A stretch of DNA of 64,000 nucleotides from Gemmatimonadota bacterium (GCA_035513155.1 DATKCO010000034.1:2178-66177); one strand, 5' to 3'; counted from the first letter of the stretch, positions 1-9,289 are shown. Program-made: numbers and translations. The notes: generated from the letters alone by a model not told the origin.

Positions 1-279
1 GACGCCCCAGCGGGTCCGGAGCGCGGCGACCGAGATCTGGATCGCGTAGAGCGCGGCGAGCGCCGCCGCCGCGCGGGCCAGCGGCGGGTCAGGGGCGAGG
101 ATCGCGCTCGCGAGCACCGAGCCGATCGCCACCGTCACCGCGAAGTCGAAGCTGGAGATCTTCGAGAAGCTCCGGAGCCCCGCCAGCCGGGTCAGGAGCA
201 CCACCGCCGCGTACATCCCCACCGCGCTGACCGCCACCCAGGCGAGCTCGCCGGGCGACGCGCCCATCCACTTTTCCAT
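1..279 (-). CDS. DUF421/YetF-like membrane protein, N-terminal part only (rest lies beyond the left edge)
   Basis: Own translation of the minus strand from ATG 279-277 gives MEKWMGASPGELAWVAVSAVGMYAAVVLLTRLAGLRSFSKISSFDFAVTVAIGSVLASAIL... This is a TM helix followed by the R-x-x-S-x-x-S-x-FDF-x-V-x-x-x-GS pattern I associate with DUF421. An aggaggagggg RBS lies directly upstream. The ORF is open at the window edge, so it is absent from the ORF track. Confidence 0.6.
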   Translation of the reverse strand, partial: MEKWMGASPGELAWVAVSAVGMYAAVVLLTRLAGLRSFSKISSFDFAVTVAIGSVLASAILAPDPPLARAAAALAALYAIQISVAALRTRWGV

Positions 280-333
280 CCCCTCCTCCTTCGCTAGCCG
301 GTCGTTGAAAAGGCAGGACGTTTCAACGTCCTG

Positions 334-2025
334 CTAGCCGTCACGCCTCCGCCGGGCAAGCCGTTCCCGGATCCTGCGCGGCTCCTCGACCCCGAGGGCG
401 ACCGTCGCGCCTAGGTAGACTAGCCCGATCCCGCCGTAGAGCGCGAGCGCGCCAACGAGCCGCCCCCCGAGGCCCCACGCCGGCCAGCGCCCGAGGAGCC
501 AGAGGTAGGGCGCCAGCGCCAGCGCGCCGGCGACCGCGGCGGCGGCCGCCATCCGCGCGGCGGCGCGCCGGCCATCCGGGCCGAGGAGAGGTCCCAGCCG
601 GCGGCGCAGCAGGGCTCCGAGCGCGAGCGCGTTGGCGACCGCCGCGGTCGCGGTCGCGAGCGCGATCCCGGGAGTCCCGAGGAGCCACGCCAGCGTGATC
701 CCGAGCGCCACGTTGACCCCCAGCGCGACCACCGCGACCCGGACCGGCGTGCGGGTGTCGTGGAACGCGTAGAACGCGGTCGCGAACAGGCGGACCGAAG
801 CGTAGGCGAGGAGCCCGGCCGCGTACCCCGCGAGCACCCACGTGACCGCGGCCGTGTCGGCGGGCTCGAACCGGCCGCGCTCGAACAGCAGGCTCACGGC
901 CGGGCGCCCGAACGCGACCAGCGCGAGCGCGGAGGGTAGGATGAGGAACGCCATCCGCCGCCACGAGGCCGCGAGCTCGTCCCGGACCCGCTCGCCCGTC
1001 CGGGCCGCGTCGTGGGCCAGGGTCGGGAGCGCGACCTGCGCGATCGCGACCCCGAAGAGGGACAGCGGGAGGAGGTAGAGCCGCTGCGCGTAGGCGAGCG
1101 AGGCGACCGCGCCGCCGCCGAGGAAGCTCGCGATCTGGACGTCGACGAGGGTCGAGAGCTGGGCGACCCCGGTCCCGACCAGCATCGGCGTGAAGAGCGC
1201 CACGACCTTCCGCACCGCCGGGTCCCTCCACCCGCCCGCGGGCCGCAGGGTCCCGAGCGCGGCGCGGGTCGCCGGCAGCTGGACGAGGAGCTGGAGCGCG
1301 CTCCCGGCCACGACCCCCCACGCGAGCACGTAGACCGGGTCGAGGTCGACCCGCCCGACGAACGCGATCAGCGCGCCGGCCGAGACGACCGACCAGAAGA
1401 GGGGCGCGAAGTTCGGCCAGAAGAACCGGCCGTGCGCGTGGAGGACCCCCATGCACCAGGCGCCGAGGACGAGGAGCGCCATCGTCGGGAACAGGATCAC
1501 GATCAGCCGCTCGACGAGCGCGCGCAGGTCGGGATCGAACCCGGGCGCCACGACCCACGCGAGGACCGGCGCCGCGGCCATCCCGGCCAGCGTCAGAACC
1601 GCCACGGTCGCCAGCAGCAGGCCGAGCACGCCGCGCGCGAGCCGCTCGGCTTCGGCCGGGTCGGTCCGCATCTTCTCGGCCAGGACGGGGATGAACGACG
1701 CCGACAGGTTCCCCTCGCCGAGCAGGACCCGCACGAGGTTCGGGACCTTGTACGCGGCGACGAACGCGGAGTAGGCGGCCGCGCGGCCGAAGTAGAACGC
1801 GACGACCAGCTCGCGAACGAGGCCGAACACGCGGCTGACCCCGATCCCGAACATGACGACGAGGGTGGCGCGCGCGGAAGAGGGCCGGGACGCGCCTTCG
1901 CGCCGGGAAGGGCTCGGTCGCGTGGGGACCTCCTTGCGAGGGCTGGGGCGCTGCGGGACGGCCCCAAGATAGCCGGCGCCCGACCCCACCGACAGGGCGC
2001 AGCCCGGCGGCTGCGCCGACGCCAT
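334..2025 (-). CDS. murJ: Lipid II flippase MurJ (MviN family)
   Basis: ORF 334..2079. The stretch FGIGVSRVFGLVRELVVAFYFGRAAAYSAFVAAYKVPNLVRVLLGEGNLSASFIPV matches the MurJ N-terminal signature, and the protein is polytopic throughout. The start is uncertain: in-frame candidates are ATG 1854, GTG 1989, ATG 2025 and GTG 2079. The P/S/R-rich stretch upstream of 1854 may not be translated. Confidence 0.9.
   Translation of the reverse strand: MASAQPPGCALSVGSGAGYLGAVPQRPSPRKEVPTRPSPSRREGASRPSSARATLVVMFGIGVSRVFGLVRELVVAFYFGRAAAYSAFVAAYKVPNLVRVLLGEGNLSASFIPVLAEKMRTDPAEAERLARGVLGLLLATVAVLTLAGMAAAPVLAWVVAPGFDPDLRALVERLIVILFPTMALLVLGAWCMGVLHAHGRFFWPNFAPLFWSVVSAGALIAFVGRVDLDPVYVLAWGVVAGSALQLLVQLPATRAALGTLRPAGGWRDPAVRKVVALFTPMLVGTGVAQLSTLVDVQIASFLGGGAVASLAYAQRLYLLPLSLFGVAIAQVALPTLAHDAARTGERVRDELAASWRRMAFLILPSALALVAFGRPAVSLLFERGRFEPADTAAVTWVLAGYAAGLLAYASVRLFATAFYAFHDTRTPVRVAVVALGVNVALGITLAWLLGTPGIALATATAAVANALALGALLRRRLGPLLGPDGRRAAARMAAAAAVAGALALAPYLWLLGRWPAWGLGGRLVGALALYGGIGLVYLGATVALGVEEPRRIRERLARRRRDG
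1996..2017. promoter_or_regulatory. Perfect 9-bp inverted repeat GGCGCAGCC-N4-GGCTGCGCC, a candidate enhancer (UAS) for the downstream sigma-54 activator
   Basis: Read directly from the sequence. Its centre is about 85 bp upstream of the -24 element at 2090, the usual distance for a bEBP site. GC-rich palindromes can arise by chance. Confidence 0.3.
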
Positions 2026-2088
2026 CCGGCTGCGGTTCCAATCCCTGCGCGATTTTCCAAGTCGTTTACCCGGCGGCACTTACGATTC

Positions 2089-2104
2089 TGGCACGCGATG
2101 TGCT
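2089..2104 (+). promoter_or_regulatory. Sigma-54 (-24/-12) promoter
   Basis: TGGCACG-CGAT-GTGCT versus consensus TGGCACG-N4-TTGCW. GG and GC have the correct spacing. It lies 54 nt upstream of the ATG at 2158, and the operon encodes a GAFTGA activator. Confidence 0.65.
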
Positions 2105-2157
2105 CTTCTCGAACCCGGCATTTCCTCGACACTCGAGAATCAAAACCGGAGGCATCG

Positions 2158-4710
2158 ATGACCGCTCGAATCCGATCCATTTCATGGGTGATGCTCGGCG
2201 CGGCCCTGTGGGCCGGCCCCGCTTCCGCCCAGGACGTCCCCGCCGAAGCCAGCGCGGCACCCGCCGCCCTGGCGACCTGCACCAGCGCCGCCGAGGCCGG
2301 CGATCCGGCGGCGGCCGCCGAAGCCGCCGATCAGGCCAAGGCGGGCTTCGAGCGCTGGCGGGAGACCCGGCCGGACGACCCCGAGCCCCGCGTCGGGCTC
2401 GCCAAGGTCCTCCTCCAATGCCGGATCCCGTTCGCGGCGTTCATGGAGCAGGGGGCGATCTCAGCCCGGGCCGGCGAGATCCTGCGCGCGGCGCTGGAGC
2501 TCGACCCGACGCACTGGGAGGCCCGCTACCTACTTGCGCTCAACTACTATCACAATCCCGAGTTCATGGGGCTGACCGACGACGCGATCCGGGAGTTCGA
2601 GACCCTGCTCGATCAGCAGGACGGCCGGACCGACTTCCCCGAGATGGCCGGCCCGTACGCCTGGCTGGGCGATCTCTACCTCCGGACCGGCCGGGCCGAG
2701 GACGCGCGGGCGGTGTGGCAGCGCGGGGCGGCGCTGTTCCCCTCCGACGAGCGCCTGGCGGAGCGGCTCGGCCGAGCGGCGCCCGACGGTGCCGAGGGCG
2801 CGGACGGCGAGCCGATCTCCGGAAGCGCGGGCGCGCCGACGATCGACTACCAGGCCGAGCCGCTCGTCGTGAACGTAGACGCCGGATACGCGATGGACGA
2901 CACGCGGCCCCAGGCGACGCTGAGCAAGGTCGACGTCTACATGGCCCCCGGAGGAACCGCCGACATCCTCCAGGTCTTCCAGATGTTGCCCGGAGTGACC
3001 CGGGCATCGGAGGGGAGCGACCTGTTCGTCCGCGGCGGTGATCCCGCCGAGGCCCCCGTCTTCGTCGAGGGGGCGCGGCTCCTCTATCCCGGCGTCTTCG
3101 AGACCCTGCACGGCGGCATCTTCGGGATCCTCGATCCGGCCGTCCTGCGGCGCGCGTACTTCTCGAGCGGCGGCTTCTCGGCCCGCTGGGGGAACGCGCT
3201 CTCCGGGATCGTCGACCTCGAGACCGACGGCGCGCCGACCGTCGCCGGCGGGCGGCTGGGGATGAACTTCGTGGGTGGCGGCGCGACGGTTCGGAGGCCG
3301 CTGGGCGCGCGGGCGGGGATCTGGACCTCGGTCCGGGCCACCGACACCTCGCTCCTCCTGGCCCTCCAGGACCAGTCCGACGACTACCCCTCCACCCCGC
3401 GCTCGATCGAGGGGGTCGTGGGCGCCACGTTCGCTCCCCGGCGCGGCGTGGAGCTCAAGGCCGTCGCGCTCGCCGAGGGAGACGGAGCGGCGCGGGACAT
3501 CGACGCGATCGGGTGGCGGGGCCCCTTCGAGAGCCGCGGCCGGACCGCTCTCGCGCTCCTCTCCGGGCGACTGCTGGCGCCGGACGCGGGCGCCGCGCTC
3601 CGCGCCACCGCGTCGTGGTCCCGGCGGTCGACCGGGTTCGAGTTCGGCGTGCTCGACCGCGAGCGGGTCGACGAGCGGGTCGAGCTGCGGGTGACGGGCG
3701 ACCTCGGCGCCGACGATGCCCGGCAGCTCCGCTTCGGGGTCGACGCCGCGGCGCTCGAGGCCCGCGAGGACGGGCGCGTCCCGACCACCGAGCGGGTCGA
3801 CCCGGGGTCACCCTTCGAGACGCTGGACGGCTCGCGCGAGGAGACCTCCCATCTCGGAGCCTTCGTCGAGGCCGAGATCCGGCCGCTTCGGCCGCTGGCG
3901 GTCGTCGCCGGAGCGCGGGTCGACCGGCTCCCCGGCGAGGCCGACGCCACGCTCGACCCCCGCGTGGCGATCGCCTGGCGGGCGGGCGACTGGACCTGGC
4001 GCGCCGCGGGCGGCACGTTTCAGCAGGGCCGCTGGCGGGCGGGGTACGAGATCCCCGACGGGGGAATGCCGGCGGGTATTCCGCGGCGCGCCCGCCACCT
4101 CGCCTTCGGCGTGGAGCGCGAGGGCCGGCCGGCGGTCCGCCTGGAGGCGTTCACCAAGGCGTACGACCGGTACGTTCCCGAGGAGGATGACCTGGAGATC
4201 GAAGGGGGCCGGGCGTCGGGTGTCGACGCGCTCGTCCAGTGGCCGCACACCGACCGCTGGGGTGGCTGGCTCGCGTACTCGCTGCTGCGCGGGCGGCTCG
4301 ACCTGGTGGAGGGCAGCAGCGTCCCCTCGGAGGTCGACGTCACCCACTCGCTGACCGCGGTGGCGACGCGGACGATCGGAGCGTGGCAGATCGGGACGAC
4401 CGCGCGCTACGCGACCGGGCGACCCTACACGCCGGCCATCGGTGCGATCCGGGACGGTGGCTTTCCCGAGCCGGTCCACGGAGAGTGGATGTCGCGCCGA
4501 CTGCCCGACTACGTGCGGCTCGACGCCCGCCTGACCCGCTTCCAGCGGATCGGCGGCCGGTTCACCGTGTTCTACCTGGAGGCCCTCAACGTGCTCGACC
4601 GCGCGAACGCCTCCGGCGTCGTCTACGACGCCGACTGGAAGAACGCCCGCTTCGTCGACTCCTTCTTCGCCGACCGCACCCTCGTCGCCGGCGCGGAGAT
4701 CGACCTGTAG
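2158..4710 (+). CDS. TonB-dependent-receptor-like outer membrane protein with an N-terminal TPR extension of about 220 aa
   Basis: This is the internal part of ORF 1012..4710. ATG 2158 is preceded by ccggagg. The signal peptide is MTARIRSISWVMLGAALWAGPASA/QD. TPR-like helices follow (WEARYLLALNYY..., YAWLGDLYLRTGRAEDARAVWQRG). Then comes a plug-like segment (VDVYMAPGGTADILQVFQMLPGVTRASEGSDLFVRGGDPAEAPVFVEG) and a beta-rich C-terminus. Confidence 0.8.
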   Translation: MTARIRSISWVMLGAALWAGPASAQDVPAEASAAPAALATCTSAAEAGDPAAAAEAADQAKAGFERWRETRPDDPEPRVGLAKVLLQCRIPFAAFMEQGAISARAGEILRAALELDPTHWEARYLLALNYYHNPEFMGLTDDAIREFETLLDQQDGRTDFPEMAGPYAWLGDLYLRTGRAEDARAVWQRGAALFPSDERLAERLGRAAPDGAEGADGEPISGSAGAPTIDYQAEPLVVNVDAGYAMDDTRPQATLSKVDVYMAPGGTADILQVFQMLPGVTRASEGSDLFVRGGDPAEAPVFVEGARLLYPGVFETLHGGIFGILDPAVLRRAYFSSGGFSARWGNALSGIVDLETDGAPTVAGGRLGMNFVGGGATVRRPLGARAGIWTSVRATDTSLLLALQDQSDDYPSTPRSIEGVVGATFAPRRGVELKAVALAEGDGAARDIDAIGWRGPFESRGRTALALLSGRLLAPDAGAALRATASWSRRSTGFEFGVLDRERVDERVELRVTGDLGADDARQLRFGVDAAALEAREDGRVPTTERVDPGSPFETLDGSREETSHLGAFVEAEIRPLRPLAVVAGARVDRLPGEADATLDPRVAIAWRAGDWTWRAAGGTFQQGRWRAGYEIPDGGMPAGIPRRARHLAFGVEREGRPAVRLEAFTKAYDRYVPEEDDLEIEGGRASGVDALVQWPHTDRWGGWLAYSLLRGRLDLVEGSSVPSEVDVTHSLTAVATRTIGAWQIGTTARYATGRPYTPAIGAIRDGGFPEPVHGEWMSRRLPDYVRLDARLTRFQRIGGRFTVFYLEALNVLDRANASGVVYDADWKNARFVDSFFADRTLVAGAEIDL

Positions 4711-6075
4711 ATGGAGCACCCGGTTCCGGCCACGATCGCGTTCTTCGCGCTCGGCGCGAACTTCATCGGGACCCTCTACGTCCTCCTGTTCGACCCGCGG
4801 AGCCGGGGGCTCCGCTGGTTCGCCGTCTTCGAGCTAGACATCATGGCCTGGCTCGCCCTTCAGGGCTGGGCGTTCGCGACCGGCGAGATGTCGCCGGCGC
4901 ACCACGCCGCCTACGCGATCTCCGTCCACCTGCTGCCGGCCCTGTTCGTGATCTCCACGCTGGTCGACCTGCGGGACATCCGCTGGCGGACGATCGTCCC
5001 CCTCCTCGCGGTCGCGCTCCTGACCACGCCCCTCTCCGTTCGCGCGTTCACCGGAGACCCCGCGCGAGCCGTCGCGCTCGCCGCGGTCGTCTGGCAGCTC
5101 GCGGGGTGGGGCTTCGGCTCGGCGCTCCACATCCGCCGCGAGCTGCCGGGCGCCTTCGACCCGGGAGCCCGCCGCCGCTTGCGGATCGTCGTCCTCGCCT
5201 TCCTCGTGGTCGTCGTACCGGGGTCCGTCGTGCTCGGCTGGCTGACCGACGACTCCTTCTTCGTCTACGCGATGCCGCTCGTCACCGTCGCCATCCAGAT
5301 CGCCATGTTCGTCGGGGTCCTCCACCTCCGCTTCTACGACATCGAGGTGCGCTCGACACGACGCGGCGAGCTCGCGGCCGACGCGGCGGAGCTCCAGCGG
5401 AACGCGCTGGTCGGCGAGCTGGCGGCCTCGTTCGCGCACGAGGTCCGGAACCCGCTGACCGGGGTGCGCTCCCTCGCCCAGCGCCTTGCGGAGGACGAGG
5501 TCGCCGAGCCCGACCGGCGACGCTACGCGGAGGTCATCATGCGCGAGGTCGGGCGGGTCGAGCAGATCGTGGCCAACCTGCTCGCCTTCGCGCGCCGCGC
5601 GCCCTTCCGGCCGCCGGCCCCGGGGCCGATCGAGCTGGACCCGCTCTACGACGACCTCCGGATCCTCGTCGCCTCGCGGGCCGAGCGCGCCGGCGTGGCC
5701 GTGGAAGTCGCGCCCCGCGGAGTGCGGGTGCGCGCGACCCGCGAGACGCTGGCCCAGGCGCTCCTCAACCTGCTCCTCAACGCGATCCACCACTCCCCCG
5801 CCGGCGGGCGCGTGGTCCTCGAGGCCCGCGTGGACAGCGATGCCGCCCTGCTCGTCGTGCGGGACCAGGGCCCTGGCGTCCCCGACGTCGAGCGCGAGCG
5901 GATCTTCGAGCCTCTCTACAGCTCGAGCGGCGGGAGCGGGCTCGGGCTCGCGGTGGTCCGCCGGATCGCGGCGGAGTCGGGCTGGCGCGTGGAGGTCGAC
6001 GACGCGGTGGCGGGCGGGGCGGAGTTCCGGCTCCGCGTCCCACTCGCCACCGCGGCCGCGGTGGAAGTGGCGTGA
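4711..6075 (+). CDS. Sensor histidine kinase with a polytopic membrane N-terminus
   Basis: The H-box is FAHEVRNPLTGV, with N/G boxes (LLLNAIHHSP, GSGLGLAVVRRIA) and about 6-7 hydrophobic helices at the N-terminus. Its ATG directly abuts the TAG of the receptor gene (TAGATG). Confidence 0.9.
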   Translation: MEHPVPATIAFFALGANFIGTLYVLLFDPRSRGLRWFAVFELDIMAWLALQGWAFATGEMSPAHHAAYAISVHLLPALFVISTLVDLRDIRWRTIVPLLAVALLTTPLSVRAFTGDPARAVALAAVVWQLAGWGFGSALHIRRELPGAFDPGARRRLRIVVLAFLVVVVPGSVVLGWLTDDSFFVYAMPLVTVAIQIAMFVGVLHLRFYDIEVRSTRRGELAADAAELQRNALVGELAASFAHEVRNPLTGVRSLAQRLAEDEVAEPDRRRYAEVIMREVGRVEQIVANLLAFARRAPFRPPAPGPIELDPLYDDLRILVASRAERAGVAVEVAPRGVRVRATRETLAQALLNLLLNAIHHSPAGGRVVLEARVDSDAALLVVRDQGPGVPDVERERIFEPLYSSSGGSGLGLAVVRRIAAESGWRVEVDDAVAGGAEFRLRVPLATAAAVEVA

Positions 6076-7439
6076 AGATCCTGGTCGTCGACGACGAGGA
6101 GGCGATCCGGCTCGCGCTGGACGAGCTGCTGCGTGGAGAGGGGCACTCGGTCCGCGAGGCGGGAGACGGCGACCAGGCCCTCGCCGCCCTCGACGGGGCC
6201 CCCGCCGACCTGGTGCTGGCCGATCTGCGCATGCCCGGGATGGACGGGATGCGGCTCCTGGAGGCGGTCCGCGCCCGCTACCCCGATACGCTGGTCGTCC
6301 TGATCACCGCCCAGGGGGACGAGCGGACCGCGGTCCAGGCGCTCAAGCTCGGCGCCTACGACTACCTCCCCAAGCCGTTCGACAACGAGGAGATCCGGGC
6401 CACGCTGCGGCACGCCCACGAGGTCCTCTCGCTGCGCGAGGAGAACCGGCGGCTCCGCCGCGAGCTCTCCGGCGAATTCCGCGGCATGATCGGCGACTCC
6501 CAAGCGATCCGCGAAGTCGCCGAGACGATCCGCCGGGCCGGGCCGACCGACGCCACCGTGCTCGTGACCGGCGAGAGCGGTACGGGGAAGGAGCTCGCGG
6601 CCCGGGCGCTCCACGCCGAGAGCCGGCGGTCGGACTGGCCCTTCGTGGCGCTCAACTGCTCGGCGCTGCCCGGAGAGCTGATCGAGAGCGAGCTCTTCGG
6701 ACACGTGAAGGGCGCGTTCACCGGCGCCGACCGGGACCGCGCGGGGATCTTCGAGGCGGCGCAGGAAGGGACCCTGTTCCTCGACGAGGTCGGAGACCTC
6801 TCCCCGTCCGCCCAGGCCAAGCTCCTGCGTGCGGTCGAGGAAGGCCGCGTGACCCCGGTCGGCACGTCGGTCGCGCGGCCCGTCGACGTGCGCCTCGTAG
6901 CGGCCACGAACCGGCCGCTCGAGACGATGGTCGAGGAGGGCGGGTTCCGCGAGGACCTCCTCTACCGCCTGCAGGTCGTCACCCTTCGCCTGCCCCCCCT
7001 GCGGGAGCGTCGCGTGGACATCCCGGCGCTCGCGGTCCACTTCGTCGCCGAGCTCGCGGCGCGACACGACCGGCCCGTCCGCTCGCTCACGGCGGCCGCC
7101 CGCCGCGCCCTCGTCGCCTACGACTGGCCCGGGAACGTCCGCGAGCTGAGGAACGTGCTGGAGCGGGCGGTCGTGCTCGCGGAGGGGGAGGAGATCGACC
7201 TCCCGGCGCTCCCTTCCCGGGTGACCGGCGCGACCGGGACCGCGGGCCCGGTCGACGCGGCGCTGGCCGATCTGCCGTTCACGGAGGCGCGCGACCGCGC
7301 GATGGAGTCGTTCGAGCGGTCGTTCCTCACCGCCGCCCTGGAGCGGCACGGCGGCAACGTCTCGGCCACCGCCCGCGCGCTCGGGCTCCATCGCCAGAGC
7401 CTCCAGAAGATCCTTCGCCGTCTCGACCTCGCCCCGTGA
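6072..7439 (+). CDS. Sigma-54-dependent response regulator (NtrC family: REC, AAA+, Fis-type HTH)
   Basis: This is the internal part of ORF 4239..7439. It contains VKILVVDDEE...DLRMPGMDG (REC), GESGTGKE (Walker A), an intact GAFTGA, and a C-terminal HTH (GNVSATARALGLHRQSLQKILRRL). The GTG start overlaps the kinase stop as GTGA. Confidence 0.95.
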   Translation: MKILVVDDEEAIRLALDELLRGEGHSVREAGDGDQALAALDGAPADLVLADLRMPGMDGMRLLEAVRARYPDTLVVLITAQGDERTAVQALKLGAYDYLPKPFDNEEIRATLRHAHEVLSLREENRRLRRELSGEFRGMIGDSQAIREVAETIRRAGPTDATVLVTGESGTGKELAARALHAESRRSDWPFVALNCSALPGELIESELFGHVKGAFTGADRDRAGIFEAAQEGTLFLDEVGDLSPSAQAKLLRAVEEGRVTPVGTSVARPVDVRLVAATNRPLETMVEEGGFREDLLYRLQVVTLRLPPLRERRVDIPALAVHFVAELAARHDRPVRSLTAAARRALVAYDWPGNVRELRNVLERAVVLAEGEEIDLPALPSRVTGATGTAGPVDAALADLPFTEARDRAMESFERSFLTAALERHGGNVSATARALGLHRQSLQKILRRLDLAP

Positions 7440-7496
7440 TCGCCGACCGTGGCGGCGTTGCCCGGCTCCCGCGGCGCCCCTAGGTTCGCACCACCC

Positions 7497-8414
7497 ATGC
7501 CGGAACCGAGCCCTGCCCCGCGCGCGGGGGTCCGCGCCGAGCGGGACGCCCACGCGGCGTGCGCCCGGCTGGCGGCCACCCACTACGAGAACTTCCCCGT
7601 CCGCGGACCGTTCCTGCGGCCCGCCGAGCGCCGCGACCTCGCCGCGATCTACGCCTTCTGCCGCACGACCGACGACCTGGGCGACGAGGCTGCGGGCGAT
7701 CGGACCGCGCTGCTGGCGGCGTGGCGCGAGCAGGTCGCCGACGCGCTCGCGGGGCGCCCGCCCCCCGGCGCGCCGATCCTCGCCGCGGTGGCGCGCGCGG
7801 CGGCGGGGCGGGACCTGGAGCCGGACCTCTTCTTCCGCCTGATCGAGGCCAACGTGCGCGACCAGACGGTGCGCGAGTACGTGGACCGGGACGCGCTCCT
7901 CGACTACTGCGAGCACAGCGCCACGCCGGTCGGAAGGATGGTCCTCGGCGTCGCGGGCGCCCGCGAAGAGGAGCTCCGGCGCCTGGCCGATCACACGTCC
8001 ATCGGTCTCCAGCTGGCGAACTTCTGGCAGGACCTCGCGCGGGACCGCGACCAGGGCCGCTGCTACCTGCCCCTCGCCGATTGCCGGCGACACGGGGTGG
8101 AGCCAGGCGCCGCTCTCGCCGCCCCCGCCGCGGGGGCCGCCCTCCGGGCGCTCGTCGCCGACGAGGTGGGGTGGGCGCGGGAGCATCTCCTGGGAGGGTG
8201 GCCGCTGGCCGACCGGCTCCCTCTCCGCTGGCGTCCGCTCGTCCGCGCCTTCACCCGCGGTGGGTGGGCGATCTGCGATGCCATCGAGCGACAGGACTTC
8301 GACACGCTGGCGAGCCGGCCCGCGCTCTCCCGCCGCGATCGGACCCGCCTGCTCCTCGCCGAGTGGGCGCGCGCGTGGCGGACCGGGATCGCGCACCCGG
8401 TCGGGCGCCCGTGA
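7497..8414 (+). CDS. hpnC: Hydroxysqualene synthase HpnC (squalene/phytoene synthase family)
   Basis: ORF 7449..8414. It has THYENFPV near the N-terminus, AIYAFCRTTDDLGDE, and LQLANFWQDLARDRDQGRCYLP. The ATG at 7497 gives the family-typical N-terminus. Confidence 0.8.
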   Translation: MPEPSPAPRAGVRAERDAHAACARLAATHYENFPVRGPFLRPAERRDLAAIYAFCRTTDDLGDEAAGDRTALLAAWREQVADALAGRPPPGAPILAAVARAAAGRDLEPDLFFRLIEANVRDQTVREYVDRDALLDYCEHSATPVGRMVLGVAGAREEELRRLADHTSIGLQLANFWQDLARDRDQGRCYLPLADCRRHGVEPGAALAAPAAGAALRALVADEVGWAREHLLGGWPLADRLPLRWRPLVRAFTRGGWAICDAIERQDFDTLASRPALSRRDRTRLLLAEWARAWRTGIAHPVGRP

Positions 8415-9289
8415 ACGGGATCCCGGCCGGGAGGCCCGACCCCGTCGCCGCGGGCTATGCCGCGTGCGAGCTCGCCACGCGCCGGGCGGCCGCCAACTTC
8501 GGGCTCGGGATCCGCCTGCTTCCCGCCGAGCGCCGGCGCGCGCTGTCGGCGGTGTACTGGTTCTCCCACCTGGCCGACGACGTGGTCGACGGGGACACGC
8601 CCCCCGGCCCCCGCCCCGCCGCGCTCGACGCGCTCCGGGCCCGGCTCGATGGGGCGCTCGACGGCTCGCCCGCCGACGCGCGCTGGGCGGCGCTCGCGCA
8701 TGCGGTCCGGCGCTACGCGATCCCCCCGACCCTTCTCCACGCGCTTCTCGACGGCGTCGCGCGCGACCTCGATCCCGAGCCCTTCCCCGACTGGCCGGCC
8801 CTCGAGTCGTACTGCTGGGGGGTGGCCAGCGTCGTCGGCCTCGTGTCGCTCCGGATCTTCGGCGGCGCCGGCCAGCCCGCCGAGCGGGCCGCCGAGCGGC
8901 TCGGCATCGCGCTCCAGCTGACGAACATCCTGCGCGACATCCGCGAGGACGGCGAGCGCGGCCGCTGGTACCTCCCGCTCGACGAGACCCTCCGCTTCGG
9001 CGTCGACCCGGCCCGCGTCCAGAGCGGCGCGCCCGGGCCGGGCTTCGAGCCGCTGTTCCGGTTCCAGGTCGAGCGGGCGCGCGCCTTCTACGACGAGGGG
9101 GCGGGGCTCTATCGCTGGCTGCCGGTCTCGACCCGCGCCTGTCCGGCCGCGCTCGCCGCCGTCTACCGGGGCCTTCTCGAGCGGATGGCGGCCGACCCCC
9201 GCCGCGTCCTCCGCGAGCGCGTCTCGATCGGCCCGCCGGCCAAGGTCGTCCGCGCGCTCGGGGCGACCGCGCGCGCGCTGATCGCGTGA
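8411..9289 (+). CDS. hpnD: Presqualene diphosphate synthase HpnD
   Basis: This is the internal part of ORF 7559..9289. It contains LLPAERRRALSAVYWFSHLADDVVDG and LQLTNILRDIREDGERGRWYLP. The GTG start forms a GTGA overlap with the hpnC stop. Confidence 0.8.
   Translation: MNGIPAGRPDPVAAGYAACELATRRAAANFGLGIRLLPAERRRALSAVYWFSHLADDVVDGDTPPGPRPAALDALRARLDGALDGSPADARWAALAHAVRRYAIPPTLLHALLDGVARDLDPEPFPDWPALESYCWGVASVVGLVSLRIFGGAGQPAERAAERLGIALQLTNILRDIREDGERGRWYLPLDETLRFGVDPARVQSGAPGPGFEPLFRFQVERARAFYDEGAGLYRWLPVSTRACPAALAAVYRGLLERMAADPRRVLRERVSIGPPAKVVRALGATARALIA

Noticed and set aside
89-271. A 60-aa minus-strand ORF at the left edge
   Set aside because: It is in the wrong frame (G/R-rich nonsense). 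The adjacent frame gives a clean DUF421-type N-terminus with an RBS (feature 1..279).
1012-2157. The N-terminal 382 codons of ORF 1012..4710, and analogous long 5' extensions of the ORFs for the RR, hpnD, hpnE, fdx, ddl, trxB, selA, rsmA, rsmD and the aminotransferase
   Set aside because: The extensions overlap the preceding or antisense gene, are compositionally aberrant, and stop looking like protein exactly where an NTGA junction or an RBS plus start occurs. I trimmed each to the internal start.
7450-7461. A sigma-54-like TGGCGGCGTTGC upstream of hpnC
   Set aside because: The GG and GC elements are only 9 nt apart instead of 12, so the spacing is incompatible with a -24/-12 promoter.
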